Below, one piece after another: positions 1 to 12,000 of a stretch of 64,000 bases of DNA; the stretch's first letter is position 1; each line of letters begins with the position of its first letter. Below the pieces are notes generated by a model that was given only the letters and a program-made list of their open reading frames with translations, was not told where the DNA came from and did no database searches. Source of the DNA: Nemertoderma westbladi (lineage: Eukaryota; Animalia; Xenacoelomorpha); NCBI GenBank assembly GCA_032718475.1, contig JAUCBJ010000137.1, positions 38,805 to 102,804 on the forward strand, in the 5' to 3' direction. The translations under genes were made by a program, and so were the position numbers.

Positions 1-220
1 CAGATCACTGTGAGGGCTATACTGCCTTCACAGAGGCAGTTAAGTTAGCAGCTGCAGAAACAGTTCCTGTATACCCTCGAAACAGGAAACGGGCCCCCTG
101 GACTGACAACAAAATTCAGAAGTGCCGAAATGACCTCTACAAGGCGCAGAAAGAGTCCCGACTCAAACAGACTACAGCGGCCAAGAATGCAGTTAAGGCT
201 GCATCTAGGTCCCTGACCAG

Positions 221-351
221 GCACACATCTCCAGCCAGACACTATATAACATTGGTGTCTCATTGGTTCCCTCAAGCTTGACACTAGAACAAAATCGCCT
301 CCACTTTGCAGGACATTGCTTTCGCCGTGAGGACCAGCCAGTGCATAATCT
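221..351 (+). mobile_element. Fragment of RTE-clade non-LTR retrotransposon 3' coding region
   Basis: Near-identical to the reverse complement of ~59026-59158 and to 43191-43249; encodes LEQNRLHFAGHCFRREDQPVHNL. Confidence 0.75.
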
Positions 352-3300
352 GAATCATGAACTGTTACATTACTTGAAGAAACATACCTTTAAATTTATT
401 TCCAATGGCTTCTTTCTCCGCTTCGACATTGTTTTCGATGATTAGAACAGGTTCAGCGATGAAATACAGTCAATAGAAACAAATTGGTAAAACAAATATT
501 TCACTGAAAATATTTAAGTAAAACTCGCGGAGAACACTAGCTCTCTCCTACCGGCAATAATAAAGCACAGACGTGTCTGTCCCCTATTATATTATTAATA
601 ACGAACTTACAAATTCACAAAACTAATATTCTCATTTTCCAAGAAATCGCACGGATATGTTACCATATCGCCATACCATTTCCCCTGCTGTCCCCACTTC
701 TACGTTAAAACCCTAACAAAGCTTAACACACAGATTATGTTTCCATGGGAACATTGTCTCATGCACCTGGAAAAGGCCAATTAAAAGTCCCCAGTTTGGG
801 GTGGGTAAGTTGGGTATCGTGGACTCGTACTGTAGGCCTACACAGTAGATACAACGCTGTAAAGTACATATGCCTATAATACAATGCGCTGCTCCTGCAA
901 TAGATGACGTTGAAACAATGTGCTTGCAATGACCCCTTATACGATGGATAACAGGCCCACCTACATAATTCTAAGCAACAAAAATTAAGTTTTAAAGGTA
1001 TTAAAAAAAATACATAGGTATTAAAATACCTGTGTTATCAATTGCCATTTGGGAAACAGCGGTTTTATATTGATATATTAATTAAAGTATTCAGTATTCA
1101 CACATTAGCCTATTGTATTATTTGTAGTTTCCTAGGAAAGGAGTCTAATTTATTTCTAACTTAATTCAAGATTAATAGTTAGGTTAGATAGATAATCAGA
1201 ATCCGTCAAAAAAATACTTAAAGCGCGATAACGGGGTACACCTAAAAATCAGTGTTTGGCTGCCGGAAGGCCTGATACAAAAATATTGAATATATCCAAT
1301 ATATGATGGTCACAATCCCCTGATTCGTATAAACTATGAAATTCATTGATATCGACTACACAGGACCAACAGGCCCTTCTATAGCCACACAAATTCAAAT
1401 TTGGTTTATTTAGAAGAGTTAGCGATTCATTCCCCGAGTAGTAGGTGGGAGGTGCAATCCGAAAGTATAAACACTTGTTGTATAAAAATGGAACATAATA
1501 TTTTGATGGAGACCGGAGTGACAATAATATGTCCCCATTTGGTTGGAGAAAAGTGGTTGACAGTGAAACGCTGTGTGACGTCAGAGATGTGTCCCCGTTT
1601 TGCTTTACTGGGGCGAGATCGAATAAAAACGAAATCTACAAATCGATACTATTGGAGGAAGTTAAGAGTAATAAAATTAAATGAAAAATGACATTAACTT
1701 TCGAAAAAAGTTATTTTTGTTGAAATATGAGCATGTCCCCAGTTTGGCTATCTCAGGCGGTTGTCCGCAATTTACACGTTTAGTACGTATGTGTGTGTGT
1801 GTGTGTGTCCAGAGCGATATCTCAGTTATTTATTAATCAATCGAAACAAAATTTGGACAAAAGTTAGATATAGGGATGGCGAAGGCTCATACAAAAAATT
1901 GGGTGTCGAGATGGTATTTGTGCGATGTGAGCGCTATATTTGCGTGTTTTCGCATGGTTTAGGAAAAAGCTATCTTGTCATAGGGAACGCAATGAATGAT
2001 TCTGATATTTGGCATGGAGGTACCTGAATTATTTGTAAATCGATTAACGGAGGCCGATTTTTAAATTTGGACCTACATTATGACCTAATTGAAGATTTAA
2101 TTAAGGTAATTAATTAGCACTGCTAGTACTGTCTGATTGTCTGCCTGTAGTAGGCATACCGGACCGGTACTACCTGACCACTGTAGGCCTATCTGCCTAT
2201 CTTCATACTGTCATAGGTCAGTACAGCAGTAGGTCCTAGCCTAGCCCTAGCAGTAAATATAATATTTCGCCATGTTCGCAGGCGACTTCGCACTGACTAC
2301 CAGTAGGCCTATGCAGCTATGCTATGAGATTAACCGTCCAGTCGTTCAGATGCATATGGTACCGGTACTGGAACGGGTTACGGTTTAATCCTGCATTTGT
2401 CAATTACGACAATACCGGTACGACTTTGAGTACCGCTGTACCGGTACGCGGTAGCCTACCGTTACCGGTTGACCGGTAGGCGTAGGCGGTAGACCTACGG
2501 TGCGATGGTAGCCAGCCGGTAGGTGGTAGGCTTACCGTACCAGTATAAATGTTGGCGGATGGCGGGATGACGTCGTGTGGCGCGTAATTACTTACCGGTT
2601 GCCGGTAGACGCCTACCCAACTCGTAACTGGTGGTCGTGGTCGTGGTGGGATGAGCACAGGAGCATGAGGTCGCCTACGATGGGAACAAGTGAAAAGGAA
2701 ACATAGGCCTACCCGAACGAAAACGTATTATTATTGTACTGATTAAGTAGGAGGACCGTGAACCTTCCAGGCTTGCCAGCTTGTTTTGTTATATTATTAT
2801 ATAAACTTATCGGCGTTCTTCTCATCTCTCAGCTCTCGCGGCAAATACCCCACCCTGATTTGCCATTCCACAGGGTGGGTATCACAGTATCTCTGAATAT
2901 ATACACCAGTATATCTGTACAGTAGATGGTTTCTACACACTCCAGACCTAATAATTAGGTTAAAAAATGCAACTCACAAGAAATATCAACAAACAAAACA
3001 CCGCTATAAATTGGCCTACTGATACTGTGCGTCATTAAATTTAACTTACATGCAAGAATTGTGGATATAAAGGAAGTAAAACACAACAAGAGTATAATAC
3101 TCATTGTACTTGAATCCTTATTCAAGAGGTTTGAATTTAGTAATGTTTGGTGTCTTTATCGCCAGTTAAAGATTTCGTAACAACTACTGTAGTTAGTAAT
3201 GTTTGATAAAAATCAGCTCATACAAACCGTTTTGTATCATGGGAACCCTAACAGCACTGTACTTTATAAAAAAAGGCAGCTGCATAATGAGTCGATTTTA

Positions 3301-4261
3301 GATACTGTAAGGAAGGGTGATTAAGTTGATTATTCATTTGGATTAAGACATAGATAGACTTGCTGTTGCGCAGATTATGTAATTATTTTATCATTAAAGT
3401 GATCCAGTTAATGGTCTGTGGTATTGTCTTAGCTTACTGCTGCTCACGCTTGTATAGTTGGTAAATTGCTGGTAACTACACTACGTTCGCTTTGACTTAA
3501 ATTATATGTAACGATTATATAAACCATTATCATATTATATGAAACAAATGATCTGTAATGAGATGTACTGTACGTACAGTATATTTATACTGCCTTAACG
3601 TTAGCAGCTTGTCATCACTATATCATAGGCATCAAAGCTAATAGAATAAATTGGTGTTGCGCAATCTTGATTATGATTCATGTTAACTGGAACTCCCATT
3701 CTAGAACAACACGGTATATTAGGCCTAAATAATAATTCGTTCATGGTTTTGCTGCACACGCTAACTGCATATCGAAATCTTATATTTTTTATCAGAGAAT
3801 CATTCAATTTCTGTGCGTATGATATTTATGCCTAACTCATGTTGTATACCACCGTGAACCTTGTTTATATGTTGCCTAGCAGCAGTTGTGGTAGTGCTGA
3901 ACTCTCATTGGTAACTACCGGTACAGGTATTCTTGCGTCCTATTGGCTGTTCTATTTTTGCAGTATTGCTTGTTTATAAAGTCGATGTTCATCCCATTAC
4001 TCTCAGGCATAATCTAACATCATATTAAGCCTGTTACGAGTCATGTAACTTGCATGACTCGTGATATTTCAGCTTGTTGCATACATTATTTATCATTGCA
4101 TGCAATGCACTGCATGCATTGTAGCTTGCTGTATTACATTATTTACTATTATTGCTTTACTATTGTTGATGAATATACAAGACCAGAGATTAAACCAACT
4201 CGATTTCCACACGGTTAGTGCTGACTGCGCCCTGTCTGTAATAGATTCGGTTTATTTTAGT

Positions 4262-4501
4262 ACGGCGGGGTAGCTCAGTTGGTTGAGCGCCGGGCCTGCA
4301 ATCTATTGGTTGTAGGTTCAGCCCCGCCAGGGTCCACTCAGCCTTTCATCCACTGGGGTCGATAAAATGAGTACCAGTTAAATAACTGGGAGCAAATCTT
4401 GGGATAGGAGTAGCGACCACCCCTACCCTCGGGTAGCAGCTATCGAAAGAGGAGCCTTCGGGTCGCCTCCGGCTTCGGCCGACTGTTTGCTTCGTTTTTT
4501 T
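4262..4501 (+). mobile_element. tRNA-derived SINE with Deu/Nin-like core
   Basis: A box TAGCTCAGTTGG and B-box-like GGTTCAGCCCC; core GGGTCCACTCAGCCTTTCATCC...GTCGATAAAATGAGTACC resembles the Deu/Nin SINE domain as recalled; T-rich tail; TSD TTTATTTTAGT at 4251-4261 and 4502-4512. Confidence 0.8.
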
Positions 4502-5573
4502 TTTATTTTAGTGCGAGTGTGTGCGTCCATAGTACTGCAATATTACTCCCCAACTAGTAAATATCATCTATTAACACTATGTATGCAGCGCGAGTGAACT
4601 GTGCGCTTACCACGCACTAAGTCCAACATAGTGTCCTACCTGTAATATATGTAAGTCACACGTACATTTACTCGCCAACAACACAATAACGGAACGGTTT
4701 ATACGTAACTGTCACTTTACTCCCTTGAAGCAGTTTATAAGCACCGAAACTACTGTATATACTTACAGTGATTGATTGTACACTCTGATCAGATATATAT
4801 ATTAGATAATATAGTAGACAAGATTGTGTGTTGCAGCTCGGCTAATCTAAATAATTAATGTAGTTTAACAAGGGAGATAGCCACTGTTGAAAAGAAAAGC
4901 AGTCATAGTTAAACCAAATTTTCGATCCTATTCCAGGACCGTTATTATTCTTATTATATATTTCTTTACTTTAGATAATGCTTTTTTGTTAATGGGTATA
5001 AATACAGTAGATACATGGTCTGCAATATTTAGCCATTACATGGGTTTCTACTGTGTAATGCCTTGTTTTTGGTTCTTGAGTAATAAATAAATAATAACTA
5101 TATTAATGTGTAAGGTTTTGCCATACTGCAACTTCCTAATATATACTGTCTAATGTGCGTTTGCTGTTCAGATGCCTACTTTATCTAATCAGATATATGG
5201 TTTCTACTGTATATCGTCGTTTAATTACTTATGAGTAACAAATATGCAATTTGTGGGTCTCTGTCTAGTTGTCTGCAATATTTAGCCATTACATGTGTTT
5301 CTACTGTGTAATGCCTTGTTTTTTGGTTCTTGAGTAATAAATAAATAATAACATTATTAATGTGTAACTATAATTAGTACTGTAATTAGTTAATAAGTAG
5401 TTAATAATTAGTTTTGCCATACTGCAACTTCCTAATATATACTGTCTAATGTGCGTTTGCTGTTCAGATGCCTACTTTATCTAATCAGATATATGGTTGC
5501 TACTGTATATCGTCGTTTAATTCCTTATGAGTAACAAATATGCAATTTGTGGGTCTCTGTCTAGTTATGCCTA

Positions 5574-6744
5574 TGTAAAAGCTTTTGCGGATATAATCAG
5601 TCCCCTCGCCCGCAAGGTACCGTTATAGGTGTTTTAACGGACATAAAAGTCATTCTTCTATATGTGTGCTTTGGCGGACATGGTAAGGCATAAAACCCGC
5701 AATGCGTCAAATACTCTGGCACAGCTTAGCCTTGATGATTCAGATTACGACATCTAACAGCTGGTTGCTGACATGGAAACGGCCATTGGACACATAGTTC
5801 TTTGTTTAGCTTAACAGCCAATCAGGGCGATTTTTACTGTCGAGGTGGAGATTTTCTGCAGATCGTGCTAGGAGTGTTCAGTCTTACTGTTTTTTGTGAT
5901 ACTGTTGTGTTGTTTCTATCTAGGCCAGGAACACCGGCTCTAGAGTCAATTCGTTTCAGACTTTAGAAGAAACATTAGTAGGCTTAGATTATAGAACGTA
6001 TAACTGTTATCGGCACATACATTGTCATATCATATCTTAACCTACCGTCTTAATGCTTTTTACTGTTGTTATTATTTTGTATCAGTTGGTTGAATATTAT
6101 TTGGAGAACATCTATAAAGAACCCAAATTTCCCAATTTTCTTGATACACTACAGGTTAGAGAGACAGGTTACATATAGCGATTGCGACTTATATTATCGT
6201 GGTTTGTAGTGAGTTTAATGCTATTTGATAGGCACTACATGAGTCAATTGCTGTTCTCTTTATATATGATAAAATTCATTGACAGTCGGCAGATTAGTGT
6301 GCAGCATTGTGTGTTACCGGTAGTGTGCATGATTGTGACTGATAACTAAGCATTTCCTAAAGAATGCGCCTCATACGTGAATCATAAGCCTTACCGACTT
6401 ACCGTTGTGTTTAGTATAAGTCATATCTCTGTTTACCTAGATAGAGCGCCACGTCCTAAAGGAACTGTTAATATTTCCCGAAAGTGAATAATATTGGTCA
6501 GAAATTATTTATTAACGATCAATCGAATAATACAGTAAGCTTACACTGCAATAACAATCTAAGCCCTCCGAATCCAGTCTCCCGGGTATATCCAGCGGGT
6601 GAATGGACGCGCACTAGGCTGGCTTCGGCTAATGTTGTGTTTATTGGTATTAAATACTTGTCATATGCTAAAGTCTATTTATAAACCAAAAGACATATAA
6701 ATTTTGGCAGGTTAAACTGCTAAAGGTCTTCAAAAGCGCGTACA
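5574..6744 (+). repeat. 5' LTR of element A
   Basis: TGTAAAAGCTTTTG...CAAAAGCGCGTACA (imperfect 14-bp terminal inverted repeat); direct repeat of 39669-40839; CCAAT at ~5818 and Inr-like TCAGTC at ~5878. Confidence 0.97.
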
Positions 6745-6753
6745 ATAACAGTT
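6745..6753 (+). promoter_or_regulatory. Non-canonical primer-binding position of A (ATAACAGTT), complementary to LTR 6002-6010
   Basis: Directly abuts the LTR end; no TGG; the reverse complement AACTGTTAT lies at 6002-6010 and 40097-40105. Confidence 0.5.
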
Positions 6754-6810
6754 TTTGTCTTTATTGCAGTAAGCAATAAAGTTGAAAGTACCGGTCGACC
6801 GGTAAACCTG

Positions 6811-7048
6811 AACCGGTACTGCTGTAGGTCCGTAGACCCAACTGCCAGAACCGGTACTGCTGTAGGTCCGTAGGCCCAACTGCCAGAACCGGTACTGCTG
6901 TAGGCCCGTAGGCCCAACTGCCAGAATCGGTACTGCTGTAGGTCCGTAGGCCCAACTGCCAGAATCGGTACTGCTGTAGGTCCGTAGGCCCAACTGCTTG
7001 AACCGGTACTGCTGTAGGTCTGTAGGCCCAACTGTCCTAACCGGTACT
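6811..7048 (+). repeat. 38-bp minisatellite (~6 copies) in the 5' UTR of A
   Basis: Unit AACCGGTACTGCTGTAGGTCCGTAGGCCCAACTGCCAG. Confidence 0.95.
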
Positions 7049-7224
7049 TCCAGTATAAGTACAATAGTATTATTCGATTTGATTATTGTATACCGGTAGG
7101 TCTTAGTACTTAATCAGGGAACGGCCGCCCTGGTTTTTTATTGAGATTTTACTTATTTCTGTCGGTTTTATTTACATGTAAGTTAATATTGAGCTGAAGA
7201 CGTGTAAGTCTGCTCAGATTGTTC

Positions 7225-7803
7225 AGATAATTGTAGGCTGGACTGTTGTCTGACTGTTGTTGAGTCTGGAGAGATTGCGGCGTGTGTGGAGTTTGTCCAA
7301 TAAAGTGCCAGTTAGTAAGTTGGGGCAGCCAGAGCTGTAAGGTCAATCCCCTCTTAAAGAATAAGTCGTACTACCGTGTTAGAACGCATACTAACTAACC
7401 ATTTTGGAATCTGCACATACTGTAGTTTATTTAGGCTTGATAGTAGTCTGCCAGCGTTTTTAGTCTGTGTTTGTTTGTGTGGTCTGTTCAGGTACCGTAA
7501 TAGTTATTACTCAGATATTTTGTAGGCTGGATTGTTGTCTAGCTATTATTAGGTCTGAAGAGATTGCTGCGTGTGTAGAGTTTGTCTGATAAAGTGCCAG
7601 TTAGTAAGTTGGGGCAGCCAGAGCTGTAAGGTCAATCCCCTCTTAAAGAATAAGTCGTACTACCGTGTTAGAACGCATACTAACTAACCATTTTGGAATC
7701 TGCACATACTGTAGTTTATTTAGGCTTGGTGGTAGTCTGCCAGCGTTTGGTTTGTATTTTGTTTGAGTATTCTGTACGGGTAGCGTAATATTTATTATTC
7801 AGA
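7225..7803 (+). repeat. ~289-bp tandem duplication in the 5' UTR of A
   Basis: 7225-7513 repeats at 7514-7803, with an identical central block (ATAAAGTGCCAG...TAGGCTTG). Confidence 0.9.
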
Positions 7804-9096
7804 GTTTATGCGATTATTCGCAACATTTATGTCCCCAAGTTTATTCCTACAGTAATTGTGCTTGTTACACATACCGTTATAGTTAAATTAACCCCGGTAC
7901 TACACGGGCTGCTTGGCGTAGGTAAAGACTGGTGACTTTGTGCTCTGGTCACTCCAGCAGATGCCGTGGTTCTTTTAACTGTTCAAGTATATTTAACTGC
8001 TAGTTATCTGTTTTAATAAGTACTTGTACCTAATTTAGGGTTTAGTGTACAGTACTTTCCGAAAGTAATTAGTGTGTAGGCAGTGTATTGTGTTGTAAAG
8101 TGGTTAATATGCACGTTGGATCTGGTAGTCCGCGGTAATTAACTTCTAGGTAGGAACACTCCGTGATACATAACGTAGTACCTATAGCGATACGGCTATA
8201 GGTCGTCAGGCGGTGGTATTTTCCTATCTGGACAGCGCAATATATTTACTACTACTTATTATTTTCAAATACCGTAGTACCCTGTCCGTTGTAATAACCA
8301 GAATTCTAACCCTTTGTTAGGCTGGTTTGTAGACTTCCTGTAAAATTACCCTAAAATTTCATACGTAATATTTTGTTGTGTTTTAATTAAAGAATTAATC
8401 TCACCCGTATCGTACGTAATTTGTAGTATTAAGTAACTTAGGTAAATTAGAATTATCTGTTTTAGTGTCCAATAAGTAGGTAGCACTTCACTGAGAGCGC
8501 ACAGCTTCTGTATAGTGACTCACCCAGAAATAATAACATTTATTTCCAATATTGACAAAACCCATTTTAAACGGTTATATATCTATTCTAAATCAACTCA
8601 AACGATTTATAAATAGTAGGCCTGCCATACAACAACTAGGTCTCAATATCAGTTGGACTACTGCTTAAATAACGGTAATAAAGTAAGTTAAAGTAACTAA
8701 GTAACCTTTAAAATTCAGAAATTCAATTATTTAAATAATTGATATACCGGTATTTACGATAGCCCTATTATCTTTATTTCTATAAATTTAGGCTGAAATT
8801 ATACCGGTATTCTGTAATTAATTCTCGTCCAGAATTATACTTATATATACTATAGGTGCAAGCTGCATACCGGTATTCACGATAAGCCTATTATATATTT
8901 ATATATATTTGTGCTAAAATTATATACCGGCATTCTGTGACAAACCTAGTTTACAATACTTATATATATTATAAGTGTATACCGGTATTCTAATATATTG
9001 TAATTAATTACCGGTACTAGGCCAACGGTCATACTGAATTACTAGACTTGCTTTAACTGTAACTATAGCAGTAAGTATTCCACTGTATAGCTAAAC

Positions 9097-12000
9097 ATGT
9101 CTGACACCCAGCAAAACCTGTCAGACAGTCTAATCGATACAACCATCTGTGACACAGATAGGAGTGTGCAGCGATTAAGAAAGGGGTTCAGCTCACCTCC
9201 TACTGAAAGAAAGGTCATCCCTCCAGTAGTAGTATCAGACCCTAGGCTAATCCAACACCGTAGGTCTATCATCGGCACTCGGGCCCAAGTCAAACGGAAC
9301 CAGGAAGCAGCTGTCCAACAGCAGCAACATCCTAGTCAAGAAACTTGTTCCCAGCGACCCGATACCTCCAGTAGTTCGGATACTGTAGAGCTGACCCCCG
9401 AACGCGGAGTGCAGATGGCGGCTACAGCCTACTCGGATCCCCTTCTCACCCTTCCTGCCGCAGTGCTAACTACTATATTGATTGCGGTGGAGGAACATCA
9501 AGCCGATTGGGCGAGAAGTAAGCGAGCGACCCAAGATAGTTATGCGGGATACGCCAGGGAAGAATTGATGTCTATTGTCGAGTCACAATGGAACTTTCCC
9601 AGACCCGGACTCCCGTTAGATTTGTCCGAAGCTACTTGGGAAGACATACACAGGATGGGAGTGACTAAAGATACGATGGATCCAGCTGTTTGGAAGAGGT
9701 CGGCAGCAGGATATGTGCAGGGATTCTTCGGCTCCTTAGAGCGATTAGAAGAACAACTGTTTCGACAACCCCAAGGACCTCAAGAGCAGGAAGAGCTGCT
9801 ATATCAAGTACGCGAAAGAACCCTACGCATTAGACTAATCCTATCAGCCTTTGAGGAAACTTCCAAAAGAAGACAGGACACGTCGCTGCAGGTTGCTGTC
9901 AAGACTTGGTTCCAGTGGGTAGGTCTCAAAGAACAAGAAACGGCCCAGTGGAAATCCCAGCTGGCTGAAAGACCAACCTATGAAGAACCAACAGATGCCA
10001 CCCTTTCTCAAGAGGAAAGTGAAGGGATAGCAGAGAGACCGCGAACGAGAGACGCCATCGACATCTATCTGTCAGACTATCAACGCTTCTTGGGTGATGA
10101 AGAGTTGAGGAGACGACTGGCTGGACTTCGCCCCAATAGTGAAGGAGCCAAGCTTGTGTTGGACTCAATCGATGCGGAAATGTCAGCTGCAAACCAAGCT
10201 AAATTTGATGAAAAACTCCGCCTCGCTAGAGTCCAAGAAGAACAAGTAAAGAAAAAACGGATAGAGGGCAGAAAGGCAGTAGCAGCGGCGAAAGCGGCAG
10301 CGTCAGTGGAAGAGGCAAAAGCGGCAGCGGCAGTGGAAGCGGCAGAAGCAAAAGCGGCAGCGGCAGTGGAAGCAGCCAAAGCAGCAGCAGCAATGGCATT
10401 GGCAGAAGCAGAACAGAGGGCGTCTGAAGAGACCACACAACTGGAGTTGGAAAATCTTCAAGAGACGCAAGATTGCATAAATAAACAGTTAACTGCTAGT
10501 CAAATGCAGATGAGGAGTCGATCTACTCCCAAGCGCCAAGGATACACATCATCGGAGGAAGGCGAGACCACCGATCCTGAAGGCGGAGGAAATAGATCTC
10601 ATCTAAGCAGGCGTAGAAAAACATATCACCGTCACCAATTGCCTGATTTGCCCCCGGCGGTTAGAAGACAACTAACTAGCACAGACTTAGGTAGTACAGA
10701 ACCCACAGACCAAATTATTAAGGTCAAAGGACTCCCTACCATAGTTGATGAGCCTGAAATAATTAGGCCTGTCGTTCCCAAATCCACTCCTGTGCTAGAG
10801 ACCCCTGTACTTCCAGAGCTTAACTCTAAATTCCCTCTACACAGTACTACACTGCCTGTACCCGGTAGAACAGTCCATGCGAATATCCCTGTCCTGGGCA
10901 CTGAGAGAGAAATCAAAGATTTGTCTCCCGTCGTCCCGCTTCGGCCCGCTACAATGTTAGCGACTCCCGCTTCGGCGGTCGAGTGGGTAGAGGAGGGATG
11001 GCGGGGGATGAATCTCCTGCTCGGACAGATGCAGGAGACTGTCCACCAACTTAAGGGAACAGTAAGGGAAAGTAGGTTAGAATTGCAAGACGTGCAGCAA
11101 AGTATCACGCTGGAACGCGACAAATTAGTCAATATACAAAAGGGTATACCAATACCCCCTGTAGCATTGTGTCAACCTGTTAGGTCTGAAGTATTACATG
11201 CGCAAGGTGTGGAGCCTACACGCATCTATACTGCTAGTGAAGTAGAAACTCCTATAGCAAACCCTATTAAGGGTGATTATAAACCTGTTGTTAATGATAT
11301 TCCCTATAGACCTGATAATGATCCGAGAAATTTATATACCGATAATTCGATATTAAATAACACGATGGCCCAAGAAAGCTTTACGCGTCAGATGGCTAGA
11401 ACAGAAGCCCGCCAAGCGGTCAAAGTGGGAGAGATCGTCAAATTCAATGGAGATGAGATGAAATGGTTACCTTTCAATGAATATTACAAAGACAGCATAC
11501 AGAACTCTGTACTATCTAACGGAGAGAAACTTAGGTTCCTCATCAAGTGCTTGGAAGGACCTCCCAAGTTAATGGCGTTAAAGTTTATTGGACATCCAGA
11601 AGGATTAAGACAAGTTTGGGATACATTAAACATCAGGTATGGTAACAAGGATAACATAGCTAAGTATTTGTATGCAAAATTAGTAGCCCCCCGAAACTTC
11701 CTTAGTAGCGGGATTATAGAGTTTTCCGATGAGATTCAGGAGATCTGTAGACAATTGGACTGGTTAGGTAAGTCTCATGAATATCAGAGTTCCATGGTTA
11801 TTGGAGCAGTAGTCTCTACTTTACCAAAGGGTGGAGTATGTACACACTGGGACAAGAAAGTGTTGTATATGAATGAGCAGCAACGACGAAGCCCTACCAT
11901 GGCTGATCTCATGTCCTTCTTAGATGGTGAAGTAAAACTACAACTCATCAAGCAGTCCAGAGAGAAAACATCGGAAAATAAGGTAAGTGAGAAACCCGTT

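Noticed and set aside
1785-2110. Helentron/HINE-like element after a (GT)n tract
   Set aside because: General resemblance only; diagnostic termini not identified.
2140-2940. Possible solo LTR (ACCGGT-rich, compositionally like the Gypsy LTR at 59561)
   Set aside because: No TG...CA pair with a matching TSD could be fixed.
4262-4330. tRNA gene (also at 45492-45565)
   Set aside because: A/B boxes are present but the cloverleaf is poor and each continues into a SINE body; the first also has a tail and TSD.
4798-4813. 16-bp direct repeat TATATTAGATAATATA also at 41376-41391
   Set aside because: Low complexity and offset 47 bp from the left TIR, so not accepted as a TSD.
6720-7064. Short ORFs over the 38-bp repeat, and ORFs over the 27-bp and AT-rich repeats (48623-48946, 41888-42257)
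   Set aside because: Artefacts of stop-free tandem repeats.
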